From Lama guanicoe (taxonomy: Eukaryota): DNA of 64,000 nucleotides. Below the pieces are notes generated by a model. The model saw nothing but the letters and a program-made list of their open reading frames with translations, had not been told where the DNA came from and searched no databases. The position numbers and the translations under genes are program-made. Below are positions 21,901 to 34,500 of this stretch, in pieces. The stretch lies in contig MU053934.1 in the NCBI GenBank assembly GCA_013239625.1, forward strand, positions 6,590,399 through 6,654,398. The letters run 5' to 3'. The number at the start of each line of letters is the position of its first letter. Within the stretch, counting starts at the first letter, position 1.

Positions 21901-24900
21901 CATAATAAAGAAGGATATTTTGCCATTTGAAGCCCTTCATTCTTATTTTTTTTTATTCACTTCAAAAACCAGAATTTTGTAACTGGCAGAGACATTTCCA
22001 TTACATCAAAAACAACAAAATACCTAGAAATAAACTTAACAAAGGTGATTACCTATACTCCAAAAACCAAAATGTCACAAAGAAATGGAAAGATTTGTTG
22101 TGCTCCTGGAGTGGAAGAATCAACACTATCAAAATGGCCACACTACCCAAAGCAATCCACAGATCCAATGCAACCCCCACCGAAATACTCATGACATTCC
22201 TCGCAGAACTAGAACAAACAACTCCAAAATTTATAAGGAACCACAAAAGACCCTGAACAGCCAAAGCAATCTTTTGTAGGTCTCTCTTTTCTTTTCTCTT
22301 TCTTCTTTTTGTTCTCTTTTTTTATAGTTTGATGACTAGAGAAGGTCCTTTAACATTTGTTGTAAAGCAGCTGGTTTGACTGAAATCTTTTAGCTTTTGT
22401 TTATCTGTGAAGCTTTTAATTTCTCCATCAATTCTGAACAAGAGTCTTGCTGGATAGAGTATTCTTGGTTGTAAGTTTTCCCCTTTCATCACTTTAAGTA
22501 TATCGTGCCACTCCCTCTGGCCTGTAGAGTTTCTACTGAAAAATCAGCTGATAACCATATGGGAGTTCCCTTGTATGTTATTTGTTGCTTTTCTCTCACT
22601 GATTTTAATATTTTCTCCTTATTCTTGTTGTCAATTTGATGATGATGTGCCTTGGTGTGTTCCTCTTTGTGTTGATTCTGTGTGGTCCTCTCTGTGCTTC
22701 CTGGACTTGTTTGACTGTTTCCAAGTTGGGGAAGTTTTCAGTGATTATCTCTCCAAAAATTTTCTCAGGTCCTTTCTCTCTCTCTTCTCTTCCTGGGACC
22801 TGTGTAATGCAAATATCAGTGCGCTTCACATTGTCCCAGAGTTCTCTTAACCTATCCTCATTTCTTTTCATTTTTTTTTCTGTTCTGAAGTAGTGATTTC
22901 CACTAATCTGTCTTTTAGCTCACTGATCCCTTCTCCTGCCTCATTTAGTCTATTCTTGGTTCCTCTAGTGTATTATTCACTTCAGTGATTTTATTCTTCA
23001 ACTCTGTTTGGGTATTCTTTATATTTTCCAACTCTTTGCTAAAAACTTTGCCCTGTGCATCTGTACTTTTCTTGAGTTCTCTGAACATCTTGGCCATCAT
23101 TACTTTAAACTCTTTCTCAGATAAATTGCCTATTTCCTCATCATTTATTTCTTCTTCTGGGATTTTATCTTCTGCCTTGGCCTCATATCGTCTATCTTTC
23201 TATGTGTTTGTGGATTCCTTCCACAGGCTTTGGGATTATTGTTTTCTTATTTCTTGTATCTGCCCCCTGGTGGATGAGGCTGAACTAGAGGCATATGCTG
23301 GCTTCCTGGCAGGAGGATACCGTGCCTGCCCACTGCTGGGTGAAGCTTGGTCCTGAACCTCTCCTTGGTAGGGCTTTGTCTAGAGGTCTTTGTGGCTTAG
23401 GAAGTCTGCTGATGGGTGAGGCTGTGTTCCCACCCTGTATGTTGTTTGGCCTGAGGCTTCCCAACCAGGCTGTTGGGTGGGTCTAGGTCTTGGTGCTAAT
23501 GATCCAAACAAGATGTCAGCCTCCAGGAAAGCTCAGGTAGATTAGCACTCCATAAATGTCTGCCACCTGCTTTTATGTCTCTTGAGTGAGCCAAAGCCTT
23601 CCCCCACGTCCCCAGGAGACTCTCCAAATCCAGCAGGCAGGTCTGGCCCAGGTTCCTATGAAATCACTGCCTCTGCCCTTGGACCTGGTGCGCATGAGTT
23701 TCCGTGTATGCTTCCCAAGCCAATGGAGTCTCCATTTCCCCTAGTCCTGTGAGGGTCCCAGAGCCAAGTTCCCCTGTCCTTCAAAACCAGGTGTCCTGGG
23801 GTCTCCTTCTCTTCCAATGCTGAGACCGAGCTGGGGAGACTGACGTGGGGCTTAGAGTTCTCAGTCCTGTGTGAGGGCTCCTGCGACTTAACAAACCTCC
23901 AGCTTGCGGGTCGCCCACCCGAGAGATATGGGGCCCAATTATATCACAAGCATGCCCCTCCTACCGTCCTGCTGTGGTTCCTTATGATTCCATTTGCAGA
24001 AGATCTTTGCTAGGTTCCAGTCTTTTTTCAATGGTTGTTTAGCATTCAGTTATGGTTTTTTTGTAGTTGAGAGGAGAGGCAAGCTCGTGGTCCTACCACT
24101 CCACCATCTTGACCAGAAATCTCTTTAGTGTACAGATTTTGCACACATTTTATCAGAGTATTTCATATTTTTGATGCTATTATAAATAGTGTTTTTAAAA
24201 TTTCAATGCTGAATTATTCACTGCTATTTTATAGAAATGCAATTGACTTTTTAATACAATTTTTGAGCAGTTTTAGGTTCACAGAAAGTATAATTGATTT
24301 TTATATATTGATCTTGTATCCTTCACCTTGCTATCTCTAGTAGCTTTTTGGATGATCCTGTAGGATTTTACACACAATCATGTTGTCTTCAAACTAAGAC
24401 AGTTTTACTTCTTCCTTTCCAATCTGTTTGCCTTTTACTTCTCTCTTTTATTTTTTATTTTTCAAATTTTAATCTTTGTAATTCATTGAAAAAAGTGATC
24501 ATCATTTAATGACTGTGATTATCAAATTTGAAAAATATTAGTATAATCAGTGAGCAACGTTATGATATATATGCAAGTGAAAGGGCTTTGTCTCATTTGC
24601 AATTTGCAGCTGAAATTGATGGGGAAAATGTTACAGCTCTCTTATGAAATTAACACAAATAATATAAGTGATATATGTAAAGGGCTGAATCATTGCAGTC
24701 ATGAGGCTCTGATTTTAGAACTCTGTTACTCAAAGTGTACAATTTGACGTCAAGAGGAAAATTGACAAGTGATAATAAATCAGATTTTCAAATGTTAGGT
24801 TGATTATTGGACTAGATTAGGCATGGGAAGGGAAGGCTGATCTTACACTTTTTCACTGACATCATTGCCATATTCAGGAGTGTTGTAGGTTTACTGATAG

Positions 24901-26350
24901 AGTAAGAGGTAATTACTTCTATTTCTCGACTTAGTTCATTGTCTAAAACTTCCAGGACAATGTTGTATAGAAGCAACAAGGGCAGATATCCTTGCCTTAT
25001 TCCTGAATTTAAGGGGAAAACATTCAGTATTTTACTATCAGGTATGTTGTTAGCTCTAAGTTTTTCATAGATGTCCTTCATCAGGTTGAGGATGTTCCAA
25101 CTACTTCTAGATTTCTGGGAGGTTTTTTTCAGGAACAAATGTTGATTTTGTTAAATGTTATTTATGCATCTATTGAGATAATCACATGATTTTTTTTTTT
25201 AGTCTACTAATATGGTGAGTTATATTGATTGGTTTTTGAATGTTGAACCAACCTTACATTCCTGAAAGTAAACTCCTTTGGTAATGGTGTATTATCCTTT
25301 TTATGTATTGTTGGTTTCAGTTTAATAAGATTTTGTTAATATTTGCATCTATTTTTATGAAAGAAGTTGTTTTGTAGTTTTCTTGTGTCATCTTTGTCTG
25401 GCTTTGGTATCAGATAATTCTGCCCTCATAGAATGAGATGGGAAATATTTCCTTCTTTTTTTCTGGAAGAGTTTATATAAAATTGATATTACTTCTTCCT
25501 TAAAAGTTTGATAGAATTTACTAGTGAAGCCATGTCGAACTGAAGTTTTCTTTGTGGGAAAGTTAAATAAGTTCAATGTCTTTAACAAATACAGAATGAT
25601 TCAGGTTGTATATTTCTTCTTGCATGCGCTTTGGTACTGGGCTTTTTTTTTTTAATGTTTTGTCTGTTTCATCTACATTGTCAAACTTAGTGGCATCTCA
25701 TTGTTCATAATGTTCTCTTATGATCATTTTAGTATCTATAGAATCTGCATCAGTGTCACCTTTACCATTCTTGATGTTGAACATTGGCATCTTATTTATT
25801 TTTTCCTGATCTGTTCTATCTAGAAGAGTGTACATTCTGTTGCTCTTTTGGTTTTATTGATTTTTTCTATTTTTCTGTTTCCTATCTCATTTCTTTCCAC
25901 TTGAATTTTAAAATTTCCCTTCTTGTGATTACTTTGGCTTTTATTTGCTTCTCCATTTCTAGTTTCTTAAAGTAGAAACTGAGGTCCTTGATTTGAGACA
26001 TTTCTTATTTTCTCATATAGATGTTTTAGTATTGTAAATTTCTTTCTATGTACTGTTTTAGCTGCATCCCACAAATTTTGAGATTTTTTTCTTTTCATTT
26101 AGTTCAGAATACTTTCTAACTTTCCTTTTGATTGTTTATTTCACCCATATATTATTTAAAGGTGTGTTGTTTAGTTTCCAAATATTTGGAGATTTCTCAG
26201 GGATCTTTCTGTTACTGATTTCTATTTTGATTCCATGTGGTCAAAGAACATACTTTAAATGACTTTAATTTTTTAAATTATTGAGGCTTGTTTTATGGTT
26301 GAGAATATGATCCATCTTGGTAAATATTTCATGTGTTCGTGAAACTAAGG
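18965..26350 (-). mobile_element. Old LINE-1 (mainly minus) with nested insertions
   Basis: ORF2p RT-region remnants (FPLNSGIRQGYLPLLLLYNIVLEVL; GFTSKFYQTFKEE); L1 3' UTR near 19000-19700. Confidence 0.9.
22280..24125 (-). mobile_element. LINE-1 5' UTR plus disrupted ORF1
   Basis: ORF 22605-22871 (LRELWDNVKRTDICI...EIITENFPNL...RNTPRHIIIKL) is L1 ORF1p-like; GC-richer 5' UTR at about 23250-24125. Confidence 0.88.
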
Positions 26351-26688
26351 CATTCCTCAGTTTTAACCACCATAGTTTTGTAATTATTATTTTGTTACAT
26401 TTATAGTATTTTGGGGAGGGTATAGCAGTTATTGTCTTGAATCAGAAGATGTCTGTTTGATGTCTTCAAGCTCCTTAAGGGCCGTCTCTGCGTCCTGTTT
26501 ACCTTTCTATCCTCTCAGCATTATTCCTGGCCCGAGATATAAGTTCAGCAGACACTGGATGAATGAATAGACGAATGGATGACACTTATAGTCAGGCTGT
26601 GTTCTTGTTTTTGATTTGAAAAATAAGAGTATTGTGTTATGTGACAAGACTGAGTCTTGCACACCTTTGTGTCTTTGTGTCCCTACAG

Positions 26689-26832
26689 GAATTTGCATAG
26701 ATTTTGGCACATTGTAGGTGCTCAAGCAGCATTCATGGCATTGAATGGAACTGAAGAGATACCTACAAAGGTGCTGCCTCTGACGCGGGGATTTAAAACC
26801 ACCCTGAGGCAATGACATACTACTCTGTCAAG
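26689..26832 (+). other. Candidate 5' UTR exon of the novel gene (partly L2-tail-like)
   Basis: Acceptor ctttgtgtctttgtgtccctacag; donor AAG|GTAGGA; contains short ATG-started ORFs and a TGA in frame with the downstream CDS. Confidence 0.4.
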
Positions 26833-28553
26833 GTAGGAGAGGTTGTCCTGTCATAAAGCCCCCTAAGACATGATGTCACACACAGACACCACACAGCTTG
26901 TGAAAGGGAGGGGCTGTGATTGGACTCCCAGACTTAGCTGGGCTCCTGTGCCCTTCTCAGTCTCAGTCCTGGAGTCTGAGGGAAGGTGAATACTGCCTGT
27001 GTGCTGCAAACTGCTCAGATCATCAAGGTTGGCAGATTTGGTAAGCAGTTTCAAAAGGCTGCCCTCAGTAAAACACCCAAGCAGGTGAAATTTGTCTTTA
27101 CGACTCTTAGCCACCTTTTCTGTATCCCTCCTACTTAGTGTTCCCCTTTCCTCCTCTTCTTCTCTCTCAAAACCTTCTCTCAGAAAAAACCTGATGACTC
27201 TGCTCACACCCAGTTATACATGACTAAAAAGCTTACTGTTGAACATGTTGCTGGCAGTATTCTCAGGGAAGGTGATTCGATGTGAAGGGTGTCCTGCAGA
27301 GAGATGCAGTGAGCTGAGGCCTGAAAAAGGCCCCCTGTATTTGGTGACAGGGAGGATATTGGTGACCTGGTGAGAGAGATTTCCAAGTTTGAGGGGGACA
27401 GAAACAGATTGAAGTGGGTTGTGGAGTGAGGGAGAGGCGGAGTGGAGTGAAGACAGGTACCCTGGACAGCTCTCTCAAGGAGACTGGTGTCCAGGGTAGG
27501 GGACCATTAGATCGGTATCTGGAGAAGGGATATGGGTTCAAGGGAGCCTTTTTCTTTTAATGGAAGACATGGGCAATGTGTTCAAATGCTGATGAGGAGG
27601 AGCCACAAGAGAAGGGACGGCTGAATATACAAGTGAGGGAGGAGACCCCCAGATACTCCGGTTGGAGAATACCGGGTGGATGGATCACAGGAGGGGGACG
27701 GCCCCAGAGAAGGGGCACAGCCTCCTCCCCTGAAGAGGAAATGACCTGTGTGAGAAGCAGAGGATGGGTGAGTTTGGTAGCAGAAAGTCTAGGGAACGTG
27801 CATCCGATGGTACCTGTGTTCCTGCCAAAAGTGAGGAAGGCAGAGGAGGGGTTAGAGGTTTAAAGAGAGATTCTGAAATAGTCTCTGTGGAGAACGGGGA
27901 TCTCACTTGGGAGACGGAGCCTTACGAGGCCACACTGAGGGCCATCTCCCCCGGGACCGTGGTTTCACAGTGTGTCTGTTCATACGCAGCTCAACACTGA
28001 AGGCAGGCCTCTAGACAGGGCGTTTTTGCGGAGGCCAGGGAGTCTCCTCCCAGTGCTCCCAAGATGATCCCAAAAATGCTGCATAACACGGAAAATGCTT
28101 TAAATTGTTGGTAGTTTTTAATTGTTTTTATTTACTATTACACTTAGCCGCTTACACCTGGGGTCATTTTGCACCAAATATTCAATAGAATTCTACCTTT
28201 TTTCTTAATCCACTCTCAACCCCACCTCCCCTTTTCCATCCTGATTTCCCAGGACCTACCTTTCCAACTCTGAGGACATTGAGACAACTTTTGTCTGGGG
28301 GTCTGAGGTCTCAGGAGAAATTCCTGAGCATTTTCTAAGCTCCTAGTGCTGGCCCACTCCATCCTGAGTTTGGCCTCCTGCTGTGACCAGCAGGCTTTCC
28401 CCTGGATGAACCTTGCTGGTGGAGGTCCTGCCGTTCCCCTAACTGCCTCTAGCCCACTGCAGTCTCCCTGCAAGCCACAGGGTAAAGGAACACCAGGATC
28501 CTGGGCCTGTGTGATGCATTGACTGTTGCCTATCTTTTCTTCTTAGACTGAAA

Positions 28554-28585
28554 ATGGTACTTGGTCTGTGCTGCCAGAGAGAGAG
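28554..28585 (+). CDS. Novel gene coding exon 1 (MVLGLCCQRE-R)
   Basis: Acceptor ctatcttttcttcttag ends at 28546; Kozak gaaaATGg; donor GAG|GTAAAG, phase 2. Confidence 0.6.
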
Positions 28586-31500
28586 GTAAAGTTTAAGTGG
28601 GCCCTGTTGCCATGCCCTGAAAGATCAGGAAAGGGAACCCCCCAACTTGGTCTCACGAGGAAGGGAAAATAGGATTCTATATTCCCCTTTCCCTGAGTGT
28701 TATAGTGTCTCTGGGACTTAGGGTCAGAGTGGAGGGCCTGGTTCTGACAGGTGGGATGTGCTTTTGTATGTGTGTATGTGTGTAGGCAGGGAGCCATCAT
28801 CTTAGCAGTGCGAAAATGCTCTGTTTGTCCCAAGGGAGGGGTCCTAAAAGAAGAGGATGGACAATGGAATATTATTTCTAATCCAGGTTGTGGGATCTGT
28901 CAGTCCAGAGTAGAGAGGGCTTTGGAGGGCTGTGGGGAGAAGAGCTAATCCAGCACTTGAATAAACAACTGTGAATGCCCAGCCAAGGCTGAGTCCCTGC
29001 CTTCTGGCTGGAGAGGCAAGATGGACCTATATAAACAAGTAAAGAAGGAGAGAAGAAAGGAGGGGAGCAGGGGTTCTTGTGGCTCCATGCTCCACATCTG
29101 ACTTTCTAAGTAGGCAGAGGCACAGAGTCATGCCGGCTAGTCAGCAGGGAGCCCAGGCTGAGCCCCATTACAGCTGATGGATTTATTCATCCACAAGTAT
29201 TTTGATTGGACCTTCCCTGGAAGAGTAGGTCTTGGGGCTTGGACTGGGAAGAAAACCAACACCCACTGGTGAGGGCGCAAGAGACCCCAGCCTCACACTC
29301 AGCTCTGCTTTCCTTCCAGGCTCTACAAGTTCCTGTATGTAGTACAAATCTTCATCCTTGCAGGTAAGGGCCTGGGTGCTGGGGTGAGTTGGAGATGATG
29401 GCAGGACTCAGTGAACAAGTTCTCTCCTCAGAGCCACCCCAGTCTGCTGCTCCTCACCAGGATTCCCAAAGGCCTCCTGAAACTGCCATGGACCTGGCTG
29501 CCCAGGGCTGGCCACGGTGCTCAGAGCCACGGCTGGCCTTATTTCTCCCTTTCTTCCCTCTGCACCTTCATAGTGAAACTGGGATTTGAACTCATGTCTC
29601 ACTCTAAACCCCCTGCATCCTCCCCCAGACACCCATAGAGAAACCAGAAAACCCCATACAACCTAATAATGTCCCACAGCATGATCTGCAAACTTGCTTG
29701 CGTATCTTTTGAAAAACTACCCCCTCACACGTTTTAAGTTAATACCTAGTATCTTTCATCACACATTTAAATAGTTTTAAAGGATATGATTTCTGGCATA
29801 TTGTAAATACTGACATTTAAAAATAACTGCATCACTCTTCTAAATGTTTTAACTAGTCTTTTTTCACCTACTTGCAGGAGTGGTGTACTATTATTTTCAG
29901 GGGTCTCTGAGGAAAGCAGACCCTGACCATGAGATTGCTGGGGGCTCATCACAGGTAGGGACCTCTGTCAGGGTCAGGAGGCTGGGACCATCTCACTGTA
30001 GCCCAAGTAGAGGTCATGTTATTTGACCTCAAATGTTCAACCAACTGCGTGTGTGTGTGTGTGTGTATGTGTATGTGTGTGTGTGTTCTGTCAAGGAGGC
30101 CCTGCCCCTCACAGGCTGGCTATATGGTAACTTCAGGGCTCCGTGGCAGTTAACCCAGACAAACCTACAGGAACATATAACCCCTAACGGGTGTGAGTAG
30201 CCCTGATATGTGGTTCTGTACTCATATGTGAGTGGGGTGGTGGTGAGCAGGACACTTGCCTGGGGTTGCATACCCTCTTTCATGTGCCAGGTTCGAGAAG
30301 CCCCTACTCTCAGCCCTCTGTGAGGAAAACACAAATGGACGCTGGATGCTCACTGAGGGCCACGTGCTAGATTAGGTGTTGCCCATCTATTATGCTGTTT
30401 AAACCTCACAGCAACTCAGAAGCTCCCACTTTGTGGATGAGGAATCTTAGGCTCCCAGACGGACAGTGACTTGACCCAGGATGCCCAAGGTGACAGGACA
30501 GAACTACATACCTGGTCTCCGGAGGCCTTCTGCTCTCTGCCTAGTGCTGTTGGGAAGAGGGGATTTTCATGGGGACAAGGTTATCTGTGACTGAGCAACA
30601 CTGAGAAGTGTGCGCTACACATTTAGGGAGTGTATTCAGAGATTGGAAAGCCCCTAAGAAGGCCCATGTTGGCAGGTGCCTTGGGGATCACTGAGTCCAA
30701 TGTTGATTCCTTTAAAATATATGTGTATATATATACATATATATACACCAAATTTCCATTTTAAAAAGTTTTATTGTCACCAAAGGTATCCATATAGTTT
30801 GATGAGTCAAAGTTTTAAGACTTGAAACAAAAAAACATTTTACACCAACCATCTCCATCCACGATTCTCACCACCTTTCCAGCTTCCAGCCTTTCTAGTC
30901 GTAGCCTTTGGTTTTGCCCCTGTGGTTCTTAGTAGAAAGCTTATCCTTATTGTCTTGATTTTTCAGATTTAAACATTATCCAGTGAATTCCTACAATGGA
31001 AGATGAGGATTTAGCTTTCTAACAAGTGCACATTTACTGCCAACACACATTTCATCTCTCTCCAGCCTTCCAGCATAGTTACAGCCTAATTTTTGGCACT
31101 GTAAATGTTTTAATCTGAGTAATGACATTTTCAATTGTGAAAAGAATTTACGTATCATATTGCTTTTTTCCTGATTTTTATATCATTTTGGCTTTTAAGC
31201 CCCTCCCCTAGAGTGGTCTCTTTTTATTCACTTTTTAAAAAATTAAGGTATTATTTATATAGATTAAAATTCATCCTTTTTTAGTGTACAGTTCTATGAG
31301 TTTTGACAAAGTATACAGTTGTGTAACTGCCACCACAACCAAGATGCAGAACGGCTCCATCATTTCAAAAAACTCCCCCATTCTCACTTGTAGTCAACTC
31401 TTCCCCCACTCCCAGCCCCTGACATCCAGTGGACAGTTTTCTGTTCCTGTAGTTTTGCCTTTGCAGAACTGTCATATAAATGGAGACATCCAATATATGT

Positions 31501-34500
31501 GGTCTTTTGAGTCTTGTTTCTTTCACTCAGCACAGTGCATTTGAGGTCCACCCAGTAGCCGTGTGCAGCAGTGGTTTGTTCCTTCTTATTGCTGAATAGT
31601 TGTCCACTGTGTAGATGTTCCATGGTTTGTCCATTCACCAGTTGAGACATTTAGATTGTTTCCAGTTTTTGACAATTACAGATAAAACCACTATAAATAT
31701 TCCTGTACAAGTTTTATGTGAAAGTAGGCTTTCCTTTCACTTAGGCAAATTCCTCGCAGTGGGGTTGTGGGGCCATGTGGGAAGTGTATATTTGGTTTTG
31801 TAGGAAACTGTCAAGCTTTCCCAAAGTGTCTGCTACCCATTCTGCATTCTCACCAGCAATGCATGAGAGGTTCCACTTGTTCTACATCATTTCCAGTATT
31901 TGCCTTAAAAAAAAAAGCCATTCTAATAGGTGTATATTGTAATTTTTAGACTATATAAATAGTATTCCTAGCTGAATCATGTAGCATACCATAGTTGTGT
32001 ATAATTTTGGTTTTTCTTCTTTAAAATTGTTTTTAGTTTTCTCTGTACCTATAATTAATTCACCCAAGCTAACAAAAAAATAAATTTCCTTGCAATACAA
32101 TTAGACAAATTAGGCTGTTTATCAATATGATCATTTTCCTGGAGACATTACCTCATGGAGCCCTCCATCCTGTTTCCATCTGGACAGGATGCCCTTGAGG
32201 CCAGCTACGCAGCTGGGGCCTCCCTTCGCTGTCATTCTGGAGGACGCTTCACTTTTGTTACGTGTGGGAGCCCGTGTTGTTACTCTCTCTTTCGGTGGAG
32301 CATAACCTCTGGTTCCTTCCTGAGGGGTTGTCTTGAGATAGTATGTCTGAAAAGGTGTTACTTCATACTTAGCTAAGAGTTTGGCTAGGTTAGAATTCTA
32401 GACTAGAAATAATTTTCTCACAGATTTTGAAGATCCTCATTGTTTTCTGACCTCAAAGATTGGTGTTGATGAAAATCGAATTCCTAAAACAGACTTTTTT
32501 CTATGTGTTTCTGGAAGTTTTTAGGTTCTTCTCTTCATCCTCAGTGTTTTGAAATCTATTAATGACATAATCTGGGGTGGGTCTCCTTCATCCGTTGTCC
32601 TGGACACTTGGTGATTCCTTCTTTTCTGGAAACTCATGTCCCTCGTCTTTGGGAAACTGTCTTAAAAAGCTCACGTACTTACTTGGTCTCTCCCCCTGCC
32701 ACTTCAAGTGTTGACTCTCTCCCTTCTGATTTCGCTGTGGGAGCTCCTGATCTCTTCTCTCTGTTCTTTCTGGGGAATGCTTTTTTCAACTTTATCTTCT
32801 ACACTTTGATTGGATTTTTAATTCCCATGATCATATTTTTGTTTTTAAAGAATTCAGGGGGGGGAGGGTATAGCTCAGTGGTAGAGCTTGTGCTTAGCAT
32901 GCATGAGGTCCTGGGTTCAATCCCCAGTATCTCCATTAAAATAAATAAAAACATAAACAAACCTAATTACTGCCCCCCCAACACACAAAAGAATTAGAGA
33001 TTGCTCTTTGAACAGAGCCTACTCTTGTTTCATAAATGCAAAGTTTTATCTTCCTGAAGACATCAATTATTGTTGGTTTGTAGTCTTTGGGTCTCTGTGC
33101 AGCAGACATTGACTGTGGAGACTAGTGCATCGCTGAGCACTTAAGATGTCACTTCACCTTCCCTCTCTCCTTTCTCTCCTTGTCGTGCAGCCCATAGGGG
33201 AGACCTTAAGGCCAGTGTGGGGGCAGATGGATAAGTGCTATCCTGTGACTACCCAGGTGGGTAAGGGCTGGGGACCCCTCTTCCCCCGGCGTTGGGTGGC
33301 TGTCCTGGGCACCCTTGGGAGGCACACACAGTAAGAGGATGGGCCTGACTCCCACACACTCAGAGCTGTTATGTCACGTCCCATTTCCCTACGCAGAGAC
33401 ACAGAGTCAAGAATGGGAAGAAGCAGGACCCCGAGGTAAGTGAGGCCTGCTCGGAAGGGACCGGGGCTGGGACTCTCTCCTGCCGGGAGTCCCCGGCAGA
33501 GTGGCAGGGCCCCTCTAGGAAACTCACAGCCCTACCATGGCCCAAGCTGAGAAGGGAGGGAACTCTGTGGAAAATAAAGAACTATATACACTCCAAGTGT
33601 GGAGGATGGGGAGGGGTTAGGTGAGCAGAGGGCCTTTCTGCCTTTTCCTGCCCTCCTGACCCTCCCTGCAGGCCATGACCCCCAAGACAACGGGAGGGCC
33701 AAATGATGCTGCCCCCAAGGAGGAGACGGATGTCTTGTCTCAGGATGAGGGCGAGGTGAGGTCCCCAGGGGAGGAAGCGGCCAGCCCAATTCCAGCTGGG
33801 CCGAAGGTGGCTGAGGAGGAGGCTGTGTCAGTGCCTCCAGGAGGGGAGGTAAGGAAGCCCCTGCCTCAACTGGGACATCCCAGTATGACTCTTACTGAGA
33901 AGCCCCAGGGCGCTGCAGGGTGGAGAGGCCATGGGGAAGGAGGGCAGTGGTGGGGGGTGCTGGGGCACCCCCAAGATGACTGGGCCAAACTGCTATCCCA
34001 GTGGAGGAACAGCTCTGTGTGGAGCTGAGAGGAGCAGACATGGGTGAGCGGAGTGGATCTGAATCCTGGCCTCCCCCGACTTCTTGTTAACTGCGGCTTC
34101 AGTTTCCCCATCTGCACAATGTAGAACCTTGCCCCCACCACGCCCCTTCTTCCTTCCCAGGAGACTAAAAAGGCCCGAAAGGAGATTGCTGTATATGCTT
34201 CTGGTAAGACAACTGACCACACCCTGCTGTAGCAGGGCTGCCCTCCTCCCTAATCTCAGTGACCCTGCAGAGGTCACAGATAGCCCAGCTCCTCTCAGAC
34301 TCTCCTGCCCCAGGGAGGGGAGGGAAGAAACCCAGGTAGCCAGATGCCTTGTCTTCCCTGAATGAGCCCCCTTGCCTCCTTCCTGGTTTGGCAGGACTCG
34401 GGGACCACTCCGCTTGGGCTGGAGGAATACCCTAGCCTTTTATCAATGCTGCCCTGCTCCCCTGGTACAGAGGGTGCCCTGGACCTGGGGAAAGGTTCCT

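Noticed and set aside
21927..23356. ORFs of 88-123 aa as host genes
   Set aside because: Fragments or antisense readings of LINE-1 ORF1/ORF2.
26746..26770. MELKRYLQR as the true N-terminus via donor AAG|GTGCTG
   Set aside because: Phase-compatible, but the donor and Kozak context are weak and the ATG lies in L2-tail-like sequence. Not excluded.
29028..29035. TATATAAA as promoter of the novel gene
   Set aside because: It lies downstream of the preferred ATG exon and has no other support.
29177..29319. Alternative first coding exon (MDLFIHK...) with donor CTG|GTGAGG at 29269
   Set aside because: It would need a 51-nt intron, too short for typical mammalian splicing. The sequence resembles an L2 tail, and the 28547-28585 exon has better Kozak and splice signals.
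32857..32935. tRNA gene
   Set aside because: It has A and B boxes but also an A-rich tail, TSDs and diverged copies in the window, so it is a SINE.
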